Of a stretch of 30,776 nt of DNA, positions 1 to 7,900 are shown piece after piece. Below the pieces are notes generated by a model. The model was not told where the DNA came from and did not search any database. It worked only from the letters and a program-made list of their open reading frames with translations. The position numbers and the translations under genes are program-made. The stretch lies in IMG/VR virus record IMGVR_UViG_3300034112_002752, positions 1-30,776 of that record, one strand, 5' to 3'. Origin of the DNA: a virus (lineage: Duplodnaviria; Caudoviricetes). Position 1 is the first letter of the stretch, and every line of letters starts with the position of its first letter.

Positions 1-101
1 GCGTTATATTTGTGAGTGTCTGTGGGAAACTGTAAATATAATTGGGTTGAATGTAATGAAACATTGTTCCCATTATATGAAAAAATTTCCCCAGGATAAA
101 A

Positions 102-272
102 ATGGTCTATAAGTTGATTGCAAGGGACAGGGTATTTTGTGAGGGCACCCTTTCAGAATGCCAGAAAACCCTCACAGGCATATCCCAGATGATTAGTGCA
201 GGGTTTTCCACAGACTTTCAAGTAGAAGAGTTTTTAATTATTGACAATGGCAAAGAAATTAAACTGGTATGA
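102..272 (+). CDS. small hypothetical protein, 56 aa (MVYKLIARDRVFCEGTLSECQKTLTGISQMISAGFSTDFQVEEFLIIDNGKEIKLV); not in ORF track
   Basis: Hand translation from ATG 102 to TGA 270-272; AGGA at 93-96 upstream; 3' end overlaps the start of the next gene, consistent with dense phage packing. Confidence 0.6.
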   Translation: MVYKLIARDRVFCEGTLSECQKTLTGISQMISAGFSTDFQVEEFLIIDNGKEIKLV

Positions 273-555
273 ATATTGGATTGGACACTGTTGGATGACA
301 GGTTGGCAATCCATCAGAAGTACCTTCAGGATCTGGTCAGATTTGATGAGAAGCAACTATGAGGACTATGCCCTACCAAGAACCGTAGAAGACCCCTTAC
401 AGGAGTGTATAGAGTGGTTCTGGGTGTCTTTGAATGAGGATGATGTGTACCCCAAAGAGTTCCTTGAATATCTGATGCAGATGGTAGAAGATATTGATTC
501 AGGTAAGGTCAAGACATATTCCTTGGAAGAAGTAATGGAACACATGAAAGAATGA
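247..555 (+). CDS. hypothetical phage protein, Trp-rich N-terminus and acidic C-terminus (about 102 aa)
   Basis: ORF track 241..555 begins at TTG; the in-frame ATG at 247 (MAKKLNWYEYW...) is the more plausible start. Confidence 0.75.
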   Translation: MAKKLNWYEYWIGHCWMTGWQSIRSTFRIWSDLMRSNYEDYALPRTVEDPLQECIEWFWVSLNEDDVYPKEFLEYLMQMVEDIDSGKVKTYSLEEVMEHMKE

Positions 556-557
556 TA

Positions 558-586
558 TTGACGAGAACTAAATAAAGCAGTATCAT
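558..586 (+). promoter_or_regulatory. sigma70-type promoter TTGACG-N17-TATCAT with a late-promoter-like CTAAATA (568-574) in the spacer
   Basis: TTGACG 558-563, exactly 17 nt spacer, TATCAT 581-586; intergenic, about 40 nt upstream of ATG 626. Confidence 0.7.
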
Positions 587-625
587 TGAATTGATACGTA
601 TCTAAATTAAAAACTTGATATTTTT

Positions 626-1381
626 ATGGCTAAAGGATTTACTGTAAAAGCAAAAAAACCTACAGAGGAAGAACAACCTCTGTTTAATAGAGAAGAGTGT
701 TTAGAGAGAATCAAAGGTAAAACAATTGTATTCTGTCTTCCAGGACGTGGAGTTTCATATATCTTTTTGAAGAACTTTGTACAACTGTGCTTTGATCTGG
801 TACAGGCAGGTGCAAGTATTCAAATCTCACAAGACTATAGTTCAATGGTGAACTTTGCACGTTGCAAGTGTCTTGGTGCAAATGTACTTGCAGGTCCTGA
901 TCAAGTTCCCTGGCAGGGTAAACTGAATTATGACTATCAACTCTGGATCGACAGCGATATTGTCTTTAACACAGATGCATTCTGGGCAATTTTTGCCATG
1001 GACAAGGACATTGCAGCAGGTTGGTATGCCACAGAGGATGGTAGAACCACATCAGTAGCTCACTGGTTGGAAGAGGACGACTTCAGAAAGAATGGAGGCG
1101 TCATGAACCACGAGATGGTCGACACCATTGGCAACAGAAAGAAACCATTCACTGTGGATTACACAGGCTTTGGTTGGGTTCTGATTAAGAAGGGGGTCTT
1201 TGAACATCCTGATATGAAGTATCCATGGTTTGCCCCTCAGATGCAAGTCTTTGACTCTGGTGAGGTTCAGGACATGTGTGGTGAGGATGTATCCTTCTGT
1301 CTGGATGCCAAGAAGGCAGGATTTGAGATCTGGTGTCACCCTCAGATTCGTGTAGGACATGAAAAAACAAGAATCATTTAG
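626..1381 (+). CDS. conserved cyanophage protein, putative GT-A fold (GT2-like) glycosyltransferase
   Basis: Hydrophobic N-terminal strand (TIVFCLPG), DxD motif in LWIDSDIVF, TGFGWVLIKKGVF, GEDVSFC and C-terminal RVGH, all typical of GT-A enzymes. Confidence 0.7.
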   Translation: MAKGFTVKAKKPTEEEQPLFNREECLERIKGKTIVFCLPGRGVSYIFLKNFVQLCFDLVQAGASIQISQDYSSMVNFARCKCLGANVLAGPDQVPWQGKLNYDYQLWIDSDIVFNTDAFWAIFAMDKDIAAGWYATEDGRTTSVAHWLEEDDFRKNGGVMNHEMVDTIGNRKKPFTVDYTGFGWVLIKKGVFEHPDMKYPWFAPQMQVFDSGEVQDMCGEDVSFCLDAKKAGFEIWCHPQIRVGHEKTRII

Positions 1382-1532
1382 AATTCTGTGTGCTGGTAGG
1401 GTCCTTTACCAGTATCTCTCTCAAGATGAGATGTTTGATGTGATGGATGAACTGTCTCAACAATTTTATGAGACAGGGCTTCCCAATCCAGAGGACCTTG
1501 TGGTAGAATGTACAAGTGATTCAGAGGATTAA
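1359..1532 (+). CDS. small acidic hypothetical protein, 57 aa (MKKQESFRILCAGRVLYQYLSQDEMFDVMDELSQQFYETGLPNPEDLVVECTSDSED); not in ORF track
   Basis: Hand translation from ATG 1359 to TAA 1530-1532; overlaps the end of the previous gene and fills the gap to 1536. Confidence 0.7.
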   Translation: MKKQESFRILCAGRVLYQYLSQDEMFDVMDELSQQFYETGLPNPEDLVVECTSDSED

Positions 1533-1535
1533 ATT

Positions 1536-1679
1536 ATGGCAAAGCGTCCATCACTGACCAATAAAGTGATTATTGAGAGTAAACCCAAGAAGACTCGTCA
1601 AGGTCGTTCACAGAACACCAATCTCTCTGCCACCTCTCGTAATGGCAGGAAGAAGCGTTACAGAGGTCAAGGTTGTTAA
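1536..1679 (+). CDS. small highly basic protein, 47 aa, ending KKRYRGQGC; possible nucleic-acid-binding protein; not in ORF track
   Basis: Hand translation MAKRPSLTNKVIIESKPKKTRQGRSQNTNLSATSRNGRKKRYRGQGC; GAGG upstream (1524-1527); followed by a terminator; the KKxYRGQG ending is familiar to me from small ORFs of T4-like phages. Confidence 0.8.
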   Translation: MAKRPSLTNKVIIESKPKKTRQGRSQNTNLSATSRNGRKKRYRGQGC

Positions 1680-1686
1680 TATAGAT

Positions 1687-1712
1687 AAAGCAGGGTAACT
1701 CCCTGCTTTTTT
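1687..1712 (+). terminator. rho-independent terminator
   Basis: AAAGCAGGG-TAACT-CCCTGCTTT perfect inverted repeat running into TTTTTT, 7 nt after the stop at 1679. Confidence 0.85.
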
Positions 1713-1723
1713 ATTAATTTTTT

Positions 1724-2356
1724 ATGGCATATTTAAATCACAATCTTCCAACATTTACTTGTTACATTCGTAATGAGTTTTTGTATAATCATAAAAAAGG
1801 TCATGGTGATGTAACTCTTTGTGACGTACATTCAGTAGCATCATTAGAAAAAAGAGTTCCTCTTTTTGAAGCATTTTTAGAGAATGGCGTGAATTGGACA
1901 CGACGACCAATTCACGCTTTTTGTTGGAAACCTGATGCTCCAGTCCCAAATTTAGAGGAATGTATGTGGTGGGACTGTTTTTCTCCCTATGTTGATGTGC
2001 AAATTCGTTCAAGACTTGCTGGATTAAGAGCAGAATTGATTAATTATAAAGGTGAAAAGAACGAAGGTGTGTATATGTTTACCTTAGATTGGTCTTGGGA
2101 GTCAAAATCTACATTAAACACAAATTTTAGTGAGACACCAGAACATAAATGTGCCCATTTTTTCAAAATGGATGATGGTAATTTTTATGCATATCCAAAT
2201 AATAAAATTTTATGGTATGATGATGCCTGGATTTGCAATAGAATTACAAAAAACCCTGGATATGAAATTGATTTAACTGAGTACTCAGTTGAAAATAAAA
2301 GAAAAATTGAAACTTCTGATGATTTTATGTATGAAGTTGGGATAGCAACCCCTTAA
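1724..2356 (+). CDS. conserved phage hypothetical protein (210 aa)
   Basis: Long ORF with motifs MAYLNHNLP, WWDCFS, Y-x-FTLDW, PEHKCAH and GNFYAYPNNKILW, which I recognise as a widespread aquatic-phage family of unknown function. Confidence 0.85.
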   Translation: MAYLNHNLPTFTCYIRNEFLYNHKKGHGDVTLCDVHSVASLEKRVPLFEAFLENGVNWTRRPIHAFCWKPDAPVPNLEECMWWDCFSPYVDVQIRSRLAGLRAELINYKGEKNEGVYMFTLDWSWESKSTLNTNFSETPEHKCAHFFKMDDGNFYAYPNNKILWYDDAWICNRITKNPGYEIDLTEYSVENKRKIETSDDFMYEVGIATP

Positions 2357-2385
2357 AAAGTTCTAATTCACACTGAATTAGGAGC
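2339..2385 (+). promoter_or_regulatory. candidate cis-regulatory RNA: small GGG..CCC hairpin plus a 10-bp hairpin covering the Shine-Dalgarno of ORF 2389
   Basis: TTCTAATTCA (2361-2370), loop CAC, TGAATTAGGA (2374-2383), with one G-U pair; AGGAG 2380-2384 lies in the 3' arm; GGGATAGCAACCCC at 2339-2352. Confidence 0.5.
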
Positions 2386-2388
2386 AAA

Positions 2389-2634
2389 ATGTCTAACTTA
2401 CCTGTAGATAGAGACCAAAATTACATGTATCAGATGTGGGGAACCACAAATTTAGTAACTGACTACCATGTTAAACTTGAAAAAAGGACTATTCAAGAGA
2501 TTATGCATGATGATGTTCCCAAATCTAAGCATTTTTTGAAGGAACAAGCAGAAATTCACCAGAAAATTCGTAATGATGAAGACTATGATGACTGGGAATA
2601 TGGAACTGAACCAACCTATGGGAAACCACAATAA
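2389..2634 (+). CDS. hypothetical protein, 81 aa, acidic C-terminus (DEDYDDWEYG)
   Basis: ORF track; AGGAG Shine-Dalgarno just upstream. Confidence 0.8.
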   Translation: MSNLPVDRDQNYMYQMWGTTNLVTDYHVKLEKRTIQEIMHDDVPKSKHFLKEQAEIHQKIRNDEDYDDWEYGTEPTYGKPQ

Positions 2635-2637
2635 ATA
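2631..2637 (+). promoter_or_regulatory. T4-like late promoter (ATAAATA) for the baseplate operon
   Basis: Matches the T4 gp55 late consensus TATAAATA at 7 of 8 positions; about 25 nt upstream of the gp25 start. Confidence 0.65.
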
Positions 2638-2661
2638 AAAGTAATGTGTTAGTAGTTACAG

Positions 2662-3066
2662 GTGCCTTTAGAAAATATTTCAAGGGGATTTAAAGATATC
2701 AGCTTGTCTTTTCTAAGGCATCCTGTAACCAATGATATTGGAACACTCTCAAATGAGGATGCAATCAAACGATCTGTAGTTAATTTAGTTAGAACAAGAG
2801 TTGGTGAAAGGTTCTTTAACTCACTTTTAGGGTCAAAAGTAGAATCTTACTTCTTTGAACTTGCAGATAGTGGTGTTGTTGACCCATTACAGGAAGAAAT
2901 TAGAACTGTTTTGTCTAACTTTGAACCAAGAGTTGTGGTCAGAGATGTAAATGTTGCATTATATCCTGAAGATAATGAGTTAGATGTTAGCATCATATAT
3001 GATATTGTTGGACTTGCTGTTCCAACACAAGCAATTAACTTCATATTACAACCCACCAGATACTAA
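2662..3066 (+). CDS. gp25: baseplate wedge subunit gp25
   Basis: FKDISLSF..HPVTND, AIKRSVVNLVRTRVGERFFN..GS and NFEPRV motifs of the gp25/GPW family; directly precedes gp6; GTG start. Confidence 0.92.
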   Translation: MPLENISRGFKDISLSFLRHPVTNDIGTLSNEDAIKRSVVNLVRTRVGERFFNSLLGSKVESYFFELADSGVVDPLQEEIRTVLSNFEPRVVVRDVNVALYPEDNELDVSIIYDIVGLAVPTQAINFILQPTRY

Positions 3067-4964
3067 TGGCATTTACAGATTTCACTAATCTGGACTTTGA
3101 TCAGATTAGAGCCTCTATTAAAGACTACTTAAGAGCAAATTCAACCTTTAGCGACTTTGATTTTGAAGGTTCTAACTTCTCTATTCTGATTGATATCCTT
3201 GCCTATAACAGTTATCTGACTGCCTACAACACCAACATGGTGGCAAATGAGGCATTCCTTGACAGTGCCACCATCAGAGAGAACGTAGTCTCTCTTGCAA
3301 GGAATATAGGGTTCGTTCCACTGTCCAGAAGAGCAGCAAAAGCAAATATTTCATTCATAGTATCAGGTTTAAATTCATCAATCAAGACAGTCACACTCAA
3401 ATCTGGTATTGTTTGTACTGGTTCATTAGATAATACCAGTTATATTTTCTCAATTCCAGAAGATATTACTGTTGGCGTTTCAAATCAGGAAGCAGTTTTT
3501 TCTGAAATTGACATTTATGAAGGAACATATCTTACAAAAACCTTCACTGTAGACAATTCTCAACCAAATCAGAAATATATTCTTCCAAACCCCTTTGTAG
3601 ATACTTCTACAATTAGAGTAAAAGTCTATAATGATTCTCAAAGCACCACTTCTGAAGAGTATTCTTCAGTTAATGATATTGTTGGAATCAGTTCTACATC
3701 ACAAATCTTCTTAATTCAAGAAGTTTCTGATGAAAAATATGAACTTTTCTTTGGTGATGGTATTTTTGGTAAAGAATTAAGCAATGGAAATGTAGTTAAT
3801 GCCTCTTATATTGTCACAAATGGTCCTGCAGGTAATGGAGCATCTAATTTTACCTTCTCTGGCACATTAAATGATGATACAGGAGCTTCAATATCTTCTT
3901 CTGCAGGTGTTATAGTCACAAATGTTGCAGCACAGAATGGTGATAACATTCAATCTGTAGAATCTGTAAGATATTATGCTCCAAGACTGTATGCATCTCA
4001 ACGAAGAGCGGTTACAGCAAATGACTATGAATCTATTTTACCATCCATTTACTCAAATATTGAGTCTGTGACTGCATATGGGGGGGAAGAAATGACTCCT
4101 CCACAATATGGAAAAGTATTTCTTGCAGTCAAACCAAAGAATTCAGATTTTCTTGCACAATCTACCAAAGAATTCATTTTAAATGACCTCAAAAAATACA
4201 CTATAGCAGGAATCAAACCTGAATTTGTAGATATTAATGTTTTATATGTTGAATTGGATTCAACTGTTTATTATAATTCAAACTTTTCATCATCTCCAGA
4301 ATCATTGAAAACAAATGTGACCTCATCTCTTACTACTTATTCAAACTCTTCTGATTTGAATAAGTTTGGGGGTAGGTTCAAATACAGTAAAGCATTAGCA
4401 ATCATAGACTCAACAAGCAATGCTATTACATCAAATATTACTAAGGTTAGAATTAGAAGGAATTTTGAAGTTCTTTTAAAAGAACCCACAAAATATCAAA
4501 TATGTTTTGAAAATAGATTCAATGTAAATGATAATAGAAACAGCAATACTCCAAATATTAGATCAAGTGGATTTATGATTAATGGCATTTCTTCTACTGT
4601 CTATATTGGAGATATAGTAGATGATTCTACATTAAAAACAGGAACATTATATTTGTTCTCATATGATTCAAACAAGATAATTAAACAAATAGATAATATT
4701 GGAGATGTTGATTATGTGAATGGAATTATCAATATAGATAATATAAATGTATCTTCTACATTAAAACCCAATAATATTATTGAGATTGATGCAATTCCAT
4801 ATTCTAATGATGTAATTGCTAAAAAATCTATTTACTTGAAATTAGACATTGGAAATAGCGATATTTCTATGGTTAAAGATTTGATATCCTCTGGGGAAAA
4901 TGCATCTGGCAGTAGATTTATTCCAGAATCAAGTTATTTTTCTGACTCAAAGATAAGAAATTAA
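3066..4964 (+). CDS. gp6: baseplate wedge subunit gp6
   Basis: NLDFDQIR..IKDYL, DFDFEGSNFSILIDILAYN, NEAFLDSATIRENVVSLARNIG, FGDGIFGK and QRRAVTANDYE; TAATG overlap with gp25; 632 aa. Confidence 0.95.
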   Translation: MAFTDFTNLDFDQIRASIKDYLRANSTFSDFDFEGSNFSILIDILAYNSYLTAYNTNMVANEAFLDSATIRENVVSLARNIGFVPLSRRAAKANISFIVSGLNSSIKTVTLKSGIVCTGSLDNTSYIFSIPEDITVGVSNQEAVFSEIDIYEGTYLTKTFTVDNSQPNQKYILPNPFVDTSTIRVKVYNDSQSTTSEEYSSVNDIVGISSTSQIFLIQEVSDEKYELFFGDGIFGKELSNGNVVNASYIVTNGPAGNGASNFTFSGTLNDDTGASISSSAGVIVTNVAAQNGDNIQSVESVRYYAPRLYASQRRAVTANDYESILPSIYSNIESVTAYGGEEMTPPQYGKVFLAVKPKNSDFLAQSTKEFILNDLKKYTIAGIKPEFVDINVLYVELDSTVYYNSNFSSSPESLKTNVTSSLTTYSNSSDLNKFGGRFKYSKALAIIDSTSNAITSNITKVRIRRNFEVLLKEPTKYQICFENRFNVNDNRNSNTPNIRSSGFMINGISSTVYIGDIVDDSTLKTGTLYLFSYDSNKIIKQIDNIGDVDYVNGIINIDNINVSSTLKPNNIIEIDAIPYSNDVIAKKSIYLKLDIGNSDISMVKDLISSGENASGSRFIPESSYFSDSKIRN

Positions 4965-4965
4965 A

Positions 4966-7900
4966 ATGAATCAAGACAATAAAGTAGTTAAAATTAAGGA
5001 TATTGTTATTAATCAAATCCCTGAATTCATACTGTCAGACAATCCAAATTTTTCAGAGTTCTTAAGTCAATATTATACTTCTCAAGAATTTCAAGGGTCT
5101 ACAGTAGACCTTGCAGAGAATTTAATTAAATATAAAAATTTCGACGCTTTTGATAACACAAATTTACATTCAGATACAGTTTTATCTAATAGTGTTGATT
5201 TCTTTGATGATGAAATATTTGTAGAGTCTGTTAGTGGGTATCCTCCTGAATATGGTCTTTTAAAAATTGATGATGAGATTATCACTTACACTGGAATTAC
5301 CACAAATTCCTTTACTGGATGTGTTCGTGGATTTAGTGGAATTTCATCATTAACCCAGCAAAATAATCCAGAATTTTTAGTATTTTCTCAAACAGAATCT
5401 TCTGAACATACTGCAGGAGCATCTGTACAAAACTTAAGTAATTTATTTTTACAAGAATTTTTTAAGAAAATCAAATATCAATTCCTTCCAGGATTTGAAG
5501 AAATTGATTTTGATAGTAGAATTAATGTTCCAAACTTTATCAGTAAAGCAAGAGCATTTTATGAAACCAAAGGAACTGATGAATCTTACAAAATTTTATT
5601 CAAAGTTCTTTATGGCGAAGATGTAAAGGTCATCAAACCTGATGATTATACATTTAAACCTTCAGATGATAAATGGACTGTTTGCGAGTCATTTAGTTGT
5701 GAATTAATATCTGGAGATCCTACAAAATTAGTAGGACAAACTTTGTATCAAGATGAAAGTGTAAATGGAAATATTTTACCAGCATCTGGGTCAATTTATA
5801 GTGTAGATAGATTTTATTTTAAGAATAAAGTATATTACAAAATTAACTTATTTTCTGGATATTCTTCTAATTTAAGTTCTCTTGGTTCAATTTTTGGCAA
5901 CTTTTTAGAAACACCAAAAACATATGTAGTAGAAGATATTTCTTCAGGGGCAACTGTAATTACTGTTGACTCTACTATTGGATTTGAAAATTCTGGAACA
6001 ATTTATATTAATGAAATTGCTATAACTTATACTGACAAAACATCAAACCAATTTTTAAACTGCTCTGGCATTTCTCAAAACATACTTTCAAAAACAGAGT
6101 TGTATGGAGATAACTTTGTTTATGGATATGAAGAAAACTCAAACACTCAAGTTAAATTGAGAATTGTTGGTTCTCTTTCTGGGATAGAATCTTCTACTGT
6201 TTCATATGCAATTAAAGGTGATGGGATTAAAGTAGATAATTTAGGAAACCTTGATGATAATGCCTTCACAAAATCATTAATTTACAATTTACCATTAACT
6301 GTATATTCTGGAATATTGACAACTTCTTTGCAAGATTATGCTTTAGAAGGAGTTAGTCTGTCTAATGGTGCAGTAAAAACCTTATATGACCACAAATTAA
6401 AAAATAGTGATGTAGTAGATTTATACAGAACTAATTTTAATCAAAAAATTAAATCTGGAGTAGTTGTTTCTACAAGTAATGCAACACCAAAACAATATTC
6501 AATTAATGTATCTGGAATTTCTTCTTATGTCGGTTCAAGAATAACAGCAAAAAGAAAATTATTTAAATCACAATCAACAACATACCCTGAAATTAATAAT
6601 AAATTCACTGCAAATATTCAAAATTCTTTTACTGATGAATCTTACAATTATATAACTTCTAATGGATTTCCTAATTATAACATAAATCCATATAAAAGAC
6701 AATTTTCTTTTACTTTAAATCAATCTGATTATGAAACATTAGAGGGATCTCATAATTATTATGATGGGGAATTGGTAACAGTTACAAATTATAGTATTTT
6801 TGGGTCTTACTCTAATCCAGTTGGTGTCTCTACTGGGACATCTTTTTATGTTAAGAAAATTGATGGCGATAGTATTAAATTAGCATATTCTGCAGAAAAT
6901 ATTGCAAACTCATCTTTTATTAGTTTTTATGAATTGGTCAATCCTCCAGTAGACAATTCTATTAAAGGATATATTCAATCATTTACTTTAATTGATAATA
7001 GTTTATATGGAAATGAATTTACTTCTCCAAAAATATTTAAAAAGTTTCCAAAAATTCCAAATGTTTCAATTTCAGATGTAGAGACATTACCAGGACCAAC
7101 AGGAATTTTGGCTAATGGAATTGAAATTAAAAATTATAAATCTTATGATAAAATTTACTATGGGCAAATATCATCCATCAATGTTTTAAATTCTGGAACA
7201 AATTATGATATTACAAACCCCCCAAGATTTTTAATTGATGGTGGAAATGATACTCAAACAACTACAGTACCACAATTAACTGGAAAAATTACTGAATTAA
7301 TTGTCACTGATCCTGGATTTAATTATACAAAATCTCCTACAGTGACAATATCTGGTGGAGGAAATGATTCTGTTAAAACTGAAGTTAAAATGAAACTTCA
7401 GGCAAAAGAACTGGAATTTACTGCATCATCAGCTGGTGGATATGTTAGTGATATTAATGACCAGTTTATATTTCCATCTAAACACTATCTTATAACTGGA
7501 GAAGAAGTTGTATATCAAACATTAGGAGGATCTCCAATTGGTATAGGAACATTGGCAAGTGAATATTTGATTAATGATAGTGTTTATTATGTAATCAATG
7601 TTGGAGCAGGAACCTCATTTAGATTAGCTTATACTAAAAATGATGCTATATCAAATAATTATATCAGAATTAGAGAATATGGTACAGGGACTCAAAGATT
7701 TGTATCGACTCAAAAGAAACTTATAGTAGACTCTGTAAATTTAATTAATGTAGATACAGAATTTAAATACAAAAAAGTATTAGCAGGACCTAATGATATT
7801 AATCATTATGATAACGTTATCACCATAAAAAATCATGGTTTTGTAACTAATGATGAAGTGAGATACTCTTTTGCTGGAACATCTTTATCTGGAATTAGTA

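Noticed and set aside
241-246. TTG start at 241, or TTGACA as a -35 box
   Set aside because: An in-frame ATG follows at 247, and no good -10 hexamer sits about 17 nt downstream of TTGACA
2662-3066. gp25 as a lysozyme
   Set aside because: A legacy annotation; gp25 is a structural sheath-initiation protein and no catalytic motif is evident
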